Shown: positions 10,081-18,769 of the stretch, in pieces | Position numbering within the stretch: the first letter of the stretch is position 1 | How the letters are laid out: each line of letters starts with the position of its first letter | From: a virus | Lineage: Duplodnaviria > Caudoviricetes | Virus record (IMG/VR): IMGVR_UViG_3300031949_000063 | Span: 1 to 47,936 of that record | Strand: one strand, 5' to 3' | Length of the DNA: 47,936 nt | Notes under the pieces: model-generated | The model's input: only the letters and a program-made list of their open reading frames with translations | Database searches by the model: none | Told to the model about the DNA's origin: nothing | Made by a program: the position numbers and the translations under genes

Positions 10081-10382
10081 CGCTCTGGTCGGTCGGGAGA
10101 TTCGACCTCCGGCTGTCTGAAGAGGACTTTTGGAAGTTGACACCGAGAGAATTCGAATCGCTGTCGTTCCGCAGGCGCAACGAGCGGGAGGGAGAGGACT
10201 ACAGGACCGCCGCCATCGTCTGCGCGACGTACAACGTCTGGCGCGATCCGAAGTCGGATCCGATCACGCCGGAAGACATACTCGGGAAGAAGAAGGCGAA
10301 GAGTAGGCAGTCGCCGGAAGACATGCTGCTGATGGTGCAGGCGCTCCACAAATCTTTCGGAGGGAAGGACCCGGTGGGATGA
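10053..10382 (+). CDS. gpGT-like extension reached by a -1 frameshift at A_AAA_AAG (10053-10059)
   Basis: The in-frame heptamer A AAA AAG is followed by an open -1 frame: GPSPDWLTLW...EEDFWKLTPREF... to the stop at 10382. Confidence 0.85.
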   Translation, partial: KKGPSPDWLTLWSVGRFDLRLSEEDFWKLTPREFESLSFRRRNEREGEDYRTAAIVCATYNVWRDPKSDPITPEDILGKKKAKSRQSPEDMLLMVQALHKSFGGKDPVG

Positions 10383-10383
10383 G

Positions 10384-13065
10384 ATGAACGAGGGAATCCT
10401 TTTCACCATCGGTGCCGACGTCACTCGGATTCAATCCGATATGGCGAAGGTGTCCTCCGTCATGGGGTCCTCCGTCTCCAAGATGGAGGGGATGTTCAAC
10501 CGTCTGAAGGGTTCCCTGGCCGGGATCATCTCCGTCGGCGCTCTCGCGTTCCTCGCGAAGGACGCGATCAACACGGCGGACCGCGTGGAGGAGATGGGCC
10601 GGACGTTCGGGATCGCGGCGAGTGAACTCTCGACGTACATGGTCACGGCGAAGCAGTCCGGCATCGAGACGGAAGGTGTCGGGAAGGGGCTGAAGTTCCT
10701 CGCGAAGAACGCGGTGGATGCCGCCGCGGGAGGCGAGAAGACTGCCGGGACGTTCCGCGCGATGGGGATAGACGTCAGGGACGCGAGCGGGCAGGTCAAG
10801 CCGCTGTCGGTCCTGATGGACGAGGTCAGGGGGAAGTTCAGCACGTACGAGGACGGGGCGGAGAAGGCCGCGCTCGCGACGAAACTCTTCGGCAAGGAAG
10901 GCCAGGCGATGGTGCCGTGGCTCTCCCAGAGCGTCGAACAGATAGAGCGCGTGAACAAGGTCGCCAGGGACTTCGGGAAGATCATGTCGGATGAGGCGAT
11001 CGGAGTCACCGCGGAACTCGCGGACAACCTCGACCTGCTTCAGTTCGCCGCCGAGGGGATGGCGAACCAGTTCGTCGCTGGAATCGCCCCCGCGCTGAAC
11101 CAGGTGTCTACCGAACTCGTCGCGTGGGCGACCGAGACGAACGCCTGCAAGGTGGCCGCCGACGCGCTCGTCGAGGCGGTGAAGGTTCTCGTGGGCGCGG
11201 GGTACACGGCCGTCCTCATGTTCAGGATGCTCGGGACCTCCCTCGCGGGATTCGCCGCCGCAGCGGTGGCCTTCTTCTCGGGGGAGATGGGGCAGATCGG
11301 CGGCATCTGGTCCGCCACGATGGAACAACTCGACTCGGACATGGGGAAGTACGGCGACTCCATGTCGAAGTTGACTGGGGAGAACACGAACCCCGCGGGA
11401 TTCGTCGGACCCGTGAGGCCCAAGGTGATGACGAAGGCTCCCGTCGTCGGAGAGGGGGCCGAGGGCGATTACGAAAAGATCAGGAAGAAGATCGAGGAAC
11501 TGAACGGCGCGTCCCTCTCGGGACTGTCGAAGGAGTTCGCATCGCTCGACGCCAAGGTCTCGTCGTTCGCCTCGCAGATTCAGAACTCGAAGACCATGAC
11601 CGGCGCGCAGCAGGCCGAACTCCGCGCGCTCGCGGAGGCCACGGCGGAGGCGGCCAAGCAGACGGCGTTCTCCGCGTCGATCGACAAACTGAAGGCGTCC
11701 GAACTCTCGGGGATGGCGAAGCACTACCACGACATCGACAAGCAGGTGAAGGACTTCACCGCCGCCGTCCAGGGGAACACGAGGTACACCGCCGAGCAGA
11801 GGGGGGAGATGATCCGGCTCGCCGAGGTCGCGGGGGAGGTGGCGAAGGACACGTACTCGGCAGCCGCCGCGCTGAAGTTGCAGAACGACCAACTGGAAGC
11901 GGAAACGAAACACCTGAAGGAAACCACGGACGCCATGATCGCCGGTAGGGAGGCAGCGGAAGCCTTCTTCAAGTCCGACGCCTCCGGGCTGACGAACGCG
12001 CTCGACGCGTTGTCGAAGCAGGCGGAGTCCGCGATCCAGTCCCTCATCCGCGCGTACGACATAGACGCCGAGACGCCGCCGCCGCAGGAGTTCATCGAGG
12101 CGCACGCCGCCATCATCTCGAAGTTGGAGAAGCGAAAAACCCTGCTCCTGGAGTTGGGGGGGATCGAGGCGAAGCAAGCGCGAGAGCGGGCGGAATACTA
12201 CGCGGCCTCGGGGATCGCGATCGACGCGGAGGCCGAGGCCATGAACGCGCAGCGGGAGGCCATCTTCGACGTGGCCGTGAGGTACGGGGACGTGACCGTC
12301 GCGATCTCGATGCTGAACGAGGGGATGCTCGCGCACCAGCAGAGGATCGAGGACACGCAGGCGTACGTCTCCGCCTTCGTGGACGTCTGGAAGGAGGCGT
12401 ACAAGTCGATCGGAAGGATGGCGCTCGACGTCGGCATGGACATCAGGGAGGGGCTCGTCGGCGCTCTCTCCGACACCATCCTCGGCGCGAAGACCGCGAG
12501 CGAGGCGTTCTCGGCCCTCGGGAAGGCCGTGCTGAAGATGATCGTGGACACTCTCCTGAAGTGGATCGTCAACCGCACGATCATGGCAGGATTGGAGGCA
12601 ATGTTCATCGCCGGAACGGTGGAGACGACGACCTTCGCAGCCGCCGCCATCGGTGCGGCGTGGATCACCCCCGCGTACCTGGCGAGCGTGGCGACGCTCG
12701 GTTCGGCGGACGTGGATGCGCTCGCGGCTCTCGCGTTGGGCATCGCCGGGGCTCAGGGCTTGCTTCTCGCGTCGAAGGGAGTTCAAGCCGGACTCGGAGG
12801 CGGACTGTCGGACGCGATCGGCGGAGGAACCGGCGCGATGTTCGCCTCGGGGAGCGACTTCGTTCCGAAGACCATGACCGCCCTCGTTCACATGGGGGAG
12901 CGCATCCTGACCCCGGAGCAAAACAAGGACTTCACGCAGTTCATCAAGGGCGAGGTGCCAGGCTCGAACGCGGGCGGGGACGTGTATCTCGACGGGCATC
13001 TCGTGGGAAGAATCCTTGAACGCCGCGCGGAACGGTACGGCGGGATGAAGTTGAGGTTCACATGA
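10384..13065 (+). CDS. Tape measure protein
   Basis: 893 aa, Ala-rich helical; LFGKEG motif; C-terminal FASGSDFVP...VHMGERIL. Confidence 0.92.
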   Translation: MNEGILFTIGADVTRIQSDMAKVSSVMGSSVSKMEGMFNRLKGSLAGIISVGALAFLAKDAINTADRVEEMGRTFGIAASELSTYMVTAKQSGIETEGVGKGLKFLAKNAVDAAAGGEKTAGTFRAMGIDVRDASGQVKPLSVLMDEVRGKFSTYEDGAEKAALATKLFGKEGQAMVPWLSQSVEQIERVNKVARDFGKIMSDEAIGVTAELADNLDLLQFAAEGMANQFVAGIAPALNQVSTELVAWATETNACKVAADALVEAVKVLVGAGYTAVLMFRMLGTSLAGFAAAAVAFFSGEMGQIGGIWSATMEQLDSDMGKYGDSMSKLTGENTNPAGFVGPVRPKVMTKAPVVGEGAEGDYEKIRKKIEELNGASLSGLSKEFASLDAKVSSFASQIQNSKTMTGAQQAELRALAEATAEAAKQTAFSASIDKLKASELSGMAKHYHDIDKQVKDFTAAVQGNTRYTAEQRGEMIRLAEVAGEVAKDTYSAAAALKLQNDQLEAETKHLKETTDAMIAGREAAEAFFKSDASGLTNALDALSKQAESAIQSLIRAYDIDAETPPPQEFIEAHAAIISKLEKRKTLLLELGGIEAKQARERAEYYAASGIAIDAEAEAMNAQREAIFDVAVRYGDVTVAISMLNEGMLAHQQRIEDTQAYVSAFVDVWKEAYKSIGRMALDVGMDIREGLVGALSDTILGAKTASEAFSALGKAVLKMIVDTLLKWIVNRTIMAGLEAMFIAGTVETTTFAAAAIGAAWITPAYLASVATLGSADVDALAALALGIAGAQGLLLASKGVQAGLGGGLSDAIGGGTGAMFASGSDFVPKTMTALVHMGERILTPEQNKDFTQFIKGEVPGSNAGGDVYLDGHLVGRILERRAERYGGMKLRFT

Positions 13066-13829
13066 GAATCTACCGGGAGAACCACGTCGACCACGTAGAC
13101 ACCACCATCACCGCGGCGTCGGAGGCGGCGGACCTTCCCGCGTCGAACCTCCGCGATCCTGATCGGGGGAACGTGTACCGAACCGGGGCGTCTTCGACGG
13201 ATGAGGCCATCGTGTTCGACCTCGCTTCCGCCAAGGCAGTGCGGTCGGTGATCATTCTCGACCACACGTTGACGGCAGGCGACAGCGCGATCGGGCTTCA
13301 GGGGAACGACACCGACTCGTGGGGGACTCCGGCAGTGGACGAGGTGATCACCTTCGCCGAGGGGACGATGGCACATCACCTGTCGGCGGAGGAAACGTAC
13401 CAGTTCTGGCGCGTCATCTTCACAAAGTCCGCCTCCGGTGAGACGCGGGACATCGGGAGGATCTTCCTCGGGCCGTATGACGAGATGGCGCGGGGGCCGA
13501 AGATACCGGACGGCCTGGACATCACCCCGGTCGACCTGTCGCAGACGGACCGCGCGCTCGGGGGCAAGACTCACTCGGAGATCAAGGGGCAGTATGACAA
13601 CATCATCGTCGACTTCCCTCCGATCGGAGACGCGCAGATGGACCTGCTGAAGTCGCTCTCCGAATCGTGCGGGTCGCACACCCCGTTCTTCGTGTCGATC
13701 GACCCGACGAACGAGCCGGTGGAGTTGCTTTACTACGTCAAGGCGAAGTCCCTGAAGGGCAGGAAGGTGAAGATGTGGGGATCCGCTCCGGTGTGGGACA
13801 CCTCGCTTGAGATGAACGAGGAAATCTGA
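13062..13829 (+). CDS. Distal tail-like protein
   Basis: Directly follows the tape measure gene; ASNL..P and IGRIFLG patterns. Confidence 0.65.
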   Translation: MRIYRENHVDHVDTTITAASEAADLPASNLRDPDRGNVYRTGASSTDEAIVFDLASAKAVRSVIILDHTLTAGDSAIGLQGNDTDSWGTPAVDEVITFAEGTMAHHLSAEETYQFWRVIFTKSASGETRDIGRIFLGPYDEMARGPKIPDGLDITPVDLSQTDRALGGKTHSEIKGQYDNIIVDFPPIGDAQMDLLKSLSESCGSHTPFFVSIDPTNEPVELLYYVKAKSLKGRKVKMWGSAPVWDTSLEMNEEI

Positions 13830-14902
13830 TGACCGTGCTCACCGACAGGCTGGACTTCCCTAACTCCCGCAAGGTGTTCCTGGTGGAGCAGACCGCGGGG
13901 GAGCAGTTGAACCTATGGACGCTGGCGACGGGGCAGACCTACACCTATTGGTGCGCCACCTCGCTGCACGTGGACGACGTCCTGGAGAACGGGGCGTCAC
14001 TGGTCGAGCAGGTTTCCATCGTGGACGCGGAATCGAACGCGGGATCTTTCTATTGGGACCAGGCCGCGGGGCTGGTGTACGTCCACTGCACCGGAGACGT
14101 CCTGCCCTCCGGGATGACGATCCAGGCCATCGTCTCCTTTGCCTTTTCCACGGAGGGGCGGGTTTACAACGATCGCTACTACGACCCGAGGATCGTCTCC
14201 TTTCCGTCGCTGTCGATGCGCGTCGAGCGCGTGTTCGGAGATCCTGGGCAACTCGGCTCCGGGGCGATGGTGTACTCGAACCGCGACGGGTTCTTCGACC
14301 TCCTGTCCTCCCTCCAATGGGACGCGGGAAGGATCGTCTTGAAGATGGGGATCGACGACCCGTACCCTCCGTACGCGCAGGCTGCGTACGCCGAGTTCGA
14401 CACCGTGGGGACGTGGATCGTGAACGAGTGGAGCAAGAGCGACGCGGAGTTCACGGTGGAATTCGAGGAGGTCAAGGCGGCGACCAAGGTGAAGGTCCCG
14501 ACGGACCACTTCACCCGCGAAGAGTTCCCGTTCATGCGCGAGGAGGACGTCGGCAAGGTGAAGCCGATCGCTTACGGGCAGATTTTCGACGTCGCCCCGA
14601 TATGCGTCCACGTGTCGGAAAAGCGGTTCAGAGTGGCGGGTCACTCAATCCAGGGGTTCTTCGGCATCAGGATGAAGAGCGCCGTGTCGGGGTATTGGGT
14701 CAACACCGTGTTCGGCACCATCGACAACTCCCTGGCGGAGTTCACCGTCCCGGCGTGGGACATGAAGGCCGAGATGTCGGTGGACTTCTTCGGGAAGATG
14801 ATGGAGGACGGGATCACCTTGATGGACAACCCCTCCGACGTGGTGAAAGACATGCTGCAAACGTACCTCGGCGTCACCGACGCCGAGATCGACGCGGCGT
14901 AG
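13829..14902 (+). CDS. Tail tip/hub protein, N-terminal part
   Basis: GKVKPIAYG motif; ends NPSDVVKDML...EIDAA-stop, apparently mid-domain. Confidence 0.7.
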   Translation: MTVLTDRLDFPNSRKVFLVEQTAGEQLNLWTLATGQTYTYWCATSLHVDDVLENGASLVEQVSIVDAESNAGSFYWDQAAGLVYVHCTGDVLPSGMTIQAIVSFAFSTEGRVYNDRYYDPRIVSFPSLSMRVERVFGDPGQLGSGAMVYSNRDGFFDLLSSLQWDAGRIVLKMGIDDPYPPYAQAAYAEFDTVGTWIVNEWSKSDAEFTVEFEEVKAATKVKVPTDHFTREEFPFMREEDVGKVKPIAYGQIFDVAPICVHVSEKRFRVAGHSIQGFFGIRMKSAVSGYWVNTVFGTIDNSLAEFTVPAWDMKAEMSVDFFGKMMEDGITLMDNPSDVVKDMLQTYLGVTDAEIDAA

Positions 14903-14912
14903 AGGAGAGCGC

Positions 14913-16451
14913 GTGGCTGATTTTATCTATGTGGCGGACACGTACAACCATCGCGTTGTGAAACGCGCCCTGCCGGACCTCGCCTATGATTCGGAGGTCG
15001 GGTCGGTCGGGTCGGGAAACGACCAATTCCAATATCCCATAGGGATGACGGTGGTCGGTGGGAACATATACGTCGCCGATTCTTTCAACAACCGGATCGT
15101 TGTTAGGGCAGAGGTAGACCTGTCGTTCGTGTCCGCGCTCGACACCTTCAACGGGTCGGACACTTTCTCACATCCCGAAGGAGTGGACAACGACGGGACG
15201 TATCTGATCGTCAGCGACACGAGCAACTGCCGGATCATAAGATTCCTCCTCGCGGATCTTTCCTACGTCGATGAAGTCGGGTCCTTCGGCAGCGGCGACG
15301 ATCAGTTCAATTCGCCGAAATTAATGACTAACGATGGGACGTATCTGTACGTCGCAGATCATTTAAATAACCGGGTCGTGAAGAGGCTCCTGTCCGACCT
15401 TTCCTACGTCGGGCAGGTGGCGGCGGTGGCGTATGCCCTGGGAGTCGCGAACGACGGGACTCACCTATACGTCACAAAGTGGAACGCTGGCGTGGTTCAA
15501 AAGTTCCTTCTCTCCGATCTTTCGTTCGTCGCCGAGGCGGGTAGTTATGGAACCGGAAATGAAAACTTGAAGGGACCTGCCGGGATCGCCACCGACAGCA
15601 CGAATTTATACATCGCTGATTCTGAAAACAATCGCATCGTGACCCGGCTCGCGTCGGACCTCTCCCTCGTCTCGGTGTTCGGGTCGAGCGGGTCCGGCGA
15701 CGACGAGTTTAACGTCCCGCAGGGAGTATGGTCCGGAGAGGTCGCTGGTCCCTCCCCCAGACCGCCGTCCTTCGACACGACGCGGACGGAACTCATCGGG
15801 CAGGCGCGGCTGTCCGTCTACCTCAACGAGGAGGTCGAAGCCTTCGACGTGTTCTCCACGCTGAACGCGGCGGTCGCGTCGTACCTGTTCAACGATCACC
15901 TCGGAAAGTACCGATACGTCGCTTACGTGCCGCCAGCAGGCGCCACCCTTCCTCAGTTCACGGAGGATGAAATCTTCTCCTTCGTCGAAGACGTGGACGC
16001 GTCGAAGATCATCTCTCGGGTGAAAGCGAAGTTCCAGCACCGCGTCACGCAGGATTACTGGCAGGTCCGGTTCGTGGACCGCCCGCAGTCGCAGCATCTC
16101 AAGCGGTCTCCCGTTCCGATCCTGAAAGAGATCGAGTTCCCGTTCGTCCAGGCGTCCGATGGATTAAAGGGGGGACAGCGGGCCGTGCTCATGGAGGGAG
16201 TGCCGCAGAGGGTCTACAAGGCCAAGGTGTCGTCTAAGGGGTGGACGCTCCTGCCGGCGGACTTCATCCAGGTCACGTACGCGCGGCACGGGATCAACGG
16301 CATCTTCGAGGTCCTGGAAACGAAGCGGGACCTAAAGACCGGCAAGGTGGACCTGGTGGTCGGGGGCCTGCGCGGGATCACCGGCGGAGGAACCAGCGGA
16401 GGGTTCGGGTATCCGGGCCATTGGTGCGACGACGAGGTGGTGGTCGTATGA
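14913..16451 (+). CDS. NHL-repeat beta-propeller fused to the C-terminal part of the tail hub protein
   Basis: About six YVAD..N.R / GS.GSG.DQF..P.G repeats, a PSPRPP linker, then a hub-like region. Confidence 0.8.
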   Translation: MADFIYVADTYNHRVVKRALPDLAYDSEVGSVGSGNDQFQYPIGMTVVGGNIYVADSFNNRIVVRAEVDLSFVSALDTFNGSDTFSHPEGVDNDGTYLIVSDTSNCRIIRFLLADLSYVDEVGSFGSGDDQFNSPKLMTNDGTYLYVADHLNNRVVKRLLSDLSYVGQVAAVAYALGVANDGTHLYVTKWNAGVVQKFLLSDLSFVAEAGSYGTGNENLKGPAGIATDSTNLYIADSENNRIVTRLASDLSLVSVFGSSGSGDDEFNVPQGVWSGEVAGPSPRPPSFDTTRTELIGQARLSVYLNEEVEAFDVFSTLNAAVASYLFNDHLGKYRYVAYVPPAGATLPQFTEDEIFSFVEDVDASKIISRVKAKFQHRVTQDYWQVRFVDRPQSQHLKRSPVPILKEIEFPFVQASDGLKGGQRAVLMEGVPQRVYKAKVSSKGWTLLPADFIQVTYARHGINGIFEVLETKRDLKTGKVDLVVGGLRGITGGGTSGGFGYPGHWCDDEVVVV

Positions 16452-16474
16452 CCAGGGGCGGGAGGTAGAGGCGG

Positions 16475-16648
16475 ATGGCGATAGAGTTCCCGGCATCTCT
16501 CGGAGGCGGGTCGGCGGAGTTCTGGGACGCGGGCTGGACCGACGAGCAGAAGGCATACGCGAAGCAGAACTTCGGATACTGGTGCGACGAGGACGGGTTC
16601 GCCGATCCGGCGGACCCCGAAAGTTATCTCTGCTCGACGTGGGCATAG
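16475..16648 (+). CDS. Small tail-associated protein (57 aa; not in the ORF track)
   Basis: RBS GGAGG/AGAGG plus ATG; reads MAIEFPASLGGGS...GYWCDEDG...STWA; GYWCDE echoes GHWCDD at the end of the upstream ORF. Confidence 0.65.
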   Translation: MAIEFPASLGGGSAEFWDAGWTDEQKAYAKQNFGYWCDEDGFADPADPESYLCSTWA

Positions 16649-16657
16649 GAGGGAAAG

Positions 16658-17101
16658 ATGCCTCTAAAGGATCCGGTCGCCAGACTTATATATTTCAGAG
16701 AGTACAGAGAAAAGAATAAGGAACACCTTCGGGAGATAGCGCGAGTCAATGCGGCGAAGCGGTACAAATTAAACCCGGATAAGCATAGAAAACACTCCAA
16801 CGCATGGAAAGAGAAAAATAAGGAGACATCAAAAGAGAAAAGGATTGAGAAAAAAAGAAAATATATAGATTTCTTGAATGAAATAAAAACAGACTCTGGA
16901 TGCGTTAAGTGCGGGTATAAGGAGAACCCGGCGAAATTGCACATGCACCACAAGGAGCCAGCGAGTAAAGCATTCGATGTGTCGCACGGGTGGCATTATA
17001 CGATGGCGGCGGCAGTTGCTGAAATAGCAAAGTGCGAAGTTCTTTGCGTTAGTTGCCATGCAATAGAGACGAAGTGTTGGGAGAATAAAAAATGTGGATA
17101 G
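16658..17101 (+). CDS. HNH endonuclease (free-standing, in tail operon)
   Basis: CxxC...HH.EP...CEVLCxxCH; AT-rich relative to its flanks. Confidence 0.85.
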   Translation: MPLKDPVARLIYFREYREKNKEHLREIARVNAAKRYKLNPDKHRKHSNAWKEKNKETSKEKRIEKKRKYIDFLNEIKTDSGCVKCGYKENPAKLHMHHKEPASKAFDVSHGWHYTMAAAVAEIAKCEVLCVSCHAIETKCWENKKCG

Positions 17102-18084
17102 ACATGACAAATCCGATCGTTGGCGAGGCCACGAAGAAGGTGGCTTTCGCCGACGCGGTCATCAACAACCTCGTTCACCTGTTCGCGAACATGGGAGGGG
17201 CCGGAGGAGGCGGAGGCGGGAACCTCGTTCCGAACGGCGATTTCGAATTGGACGCCAACTCGGACGGAGTACCGGACGCGTGGGATCTGACGGAGTATAC
17301 CGCGGGGTCCTTCGCGATCGACGAGACCACCCCAGGACAGGGGGCGCGAGGTATCAAGTTCACCTCACCGGGAGCCTCTGGCGGCGGCGACCTGCAATCC
17401 ACGGACTTCTTCGCGGTCGGTCCAGGGAAAACCCTGTGCGTCGACTTCATCCATTGGGCATCCGTGGCGGGGATTCATAACCGCGTAGAAATCCGGTGGT
17501 ATTCAACCGCGCTGGAAGCAAATTACATCTCCACGACCGGCCCGCTCGGTGACGGCAATCCCGACATCTATGATTCGACCGCGAACCCGACGTCCATCGC
17601 GAGACACGTCGGGTACGCCACGCCTCCCTCGACCGCTCGGTTCGCCAAGTTGAAAATCATCGGGGCGCTGAACGACAACGCGACGGCGGGGGTTGCGTAC
17701 TTCGACGACGTGAACGTGTGCGTGGTTACGGAGACGCTCGGCCCCGTTCTCTACGATGGGCTTCTTTACACCGCCGGAGGATGGGAGTTGGTGGCGAGAT
17801 ACCCCACGACGGATCCCATGTATTTCGATCCGGCCTTGTTGCCGAGCATGCGCTTCGCCGCCGCCATCACTCAAAATGGGGGAACTGGTCAGCACGCGTA
17901 CGTCCGAGTGAAGATCGGATCAAATTACTCGAACGAGTTGAAGCGGGACGGCAACGGGGACACCAACGGAATCCTCGAGGTGAGTCTCGCGGGGATTCTC
18001 GGGACGCGGTCGGCTATCGAGATCCAGACGAACGTTGGAAGCGCCGCCCTCGGGTATATCACCGTCGTTCAACTCATCCCCTGA
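17092..18084 (+). CDS. Tail fibre/receptor-binding protein with carbohydrate-binding-like domain
   Basis: Gly linker then NLVPNGDFE...AYFDDV galactose-binding-like (CBM) signature. Confidence 0.7.
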   Translation: MWIDMTNPIVGEATKKVAFADAVINNLVHLFANMGGAGGGGGGNLVPNGDFELDANSDGVPDAWDLTEYTAGSFAIDETTPGQGARGIKFTSPGASGGGDLQSTDFFAVGPGKTLCVDFIHWASVAGIHNRVEIRWYSTALEANYISTTGPLGDGNPDIYDSTANPTSIARHVGYATPPSTARFAKLKIIGALNDNATAGVAYFDDVNVCVVTETLGPVLYDGLLYTAGGWELVARYPTTDPMYFDPALLPSMRFAAAITQNGGTGQHAYVRVKIGSNYSNELKRDGNGDTNGILEVSLAGILGTRSAIEIQTNVGSAALGYITVVQLIP

Positions 18085-18156
18085 CGGATAACGCTACCGC
18101 GCGGGCAACGAGACAGATGATACAGGAGCACCACAAAACAGCGGGAGGGCAAGGCC

Positions 18157-18672
18157 ATGAAAAAGTTCTTCGCGATGCTGCTCGGATTCACGGGAAAGAT
18201 CGAGATGAAGACGTTGTACGAGGTCGAGTGCTTCGGGCCGGACGGGAAGTTGAAGTGGCGGGACGGCTTCGAGAACCTAGTCGTCACGGCGGGGCTGAAC
18301 AAGATCCTCGACGCATGCTTCAAAACTGGACTCGCATCCCCGGCGTGGTACGTCGGCCTGAAGGACACCGGCACGGTCGCAGCCGGCGACACCATGGCTT
18401 CCCACGCTGGATGGGCGTGGATCGACAACTATACCGGCGATCGGCAGGCGTTCACTCCGGGATCGATCGCCGCCGGGTCGGTGGATAACTCCGCCTCCAA
18501 GGCCGTGTTCCCGATCACCGGGGACGACACGATCTACGGCTGCGGCCTCTGCGACAGCGCGACCGGCGACACCGGGGAGCTGTACGGAGCCGGGGACTTC
18601 GCATCCCCGCGTGCGGTGCTGACCGGCGACACGCTGAACGTGCAGGTCACGCTGACGGCGGCGGCGGCGTAA
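18157..18672 (+). CDS. Virion structural beta-sandwich protein (fibre subunit candidate)
   Basis: VEC..DG.LKW...NLVVTAG and GDTLNVQVTL motifs typical of phage tail-associated proteins; followed by a terminator. Confidence 0.65.
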   Translation: MKKFFAMLLGFTGKIEMKTLYEVECFGPDGKLKWRDGFENLVVTAGLNKILDACFKTGLASPAWYVGLKDTGTVAAGDTMASHAGWAWIDNYTGDRQAFTPGSIAAGSVDNSASKAVFPITGDDTIYGCGLCDSATGDTGELYGAGDFASPRAVLTGDTLNVQVTLTAAAA

Positions 18673-18682
18673 CAACAGACGA

Positions 18683-18719
18683 GAGCGGGGCGGTCCTCCT
18701 GACGCCCCGCTCACTTTTT
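18683..18719 (+). terminator. Intrinsic terminator
   Basis: GAGCGGGGCG/CGCCCCGCTC stem plus TTTTT. Confidence 0.8.
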
Positions 18720-18769
18720 ACCCGGAGGTTTAGATGTCCCTTAATTGCCGCCCGTGGGGGGTAAGGTAG

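Noticed and set aside
8398-10143. 581-aa antisense ORF across the tail genes
   Set aside because: Shadow of well-supported plus-strand genes; no recognisable domain.
10264-12999. 911-aa antisense ORF opposite the tape measure gene
   Set aside because: Typical shadow ORF of GC3-rich coding sequence; Arg/Leu/His-rich with no motifs or RBS.
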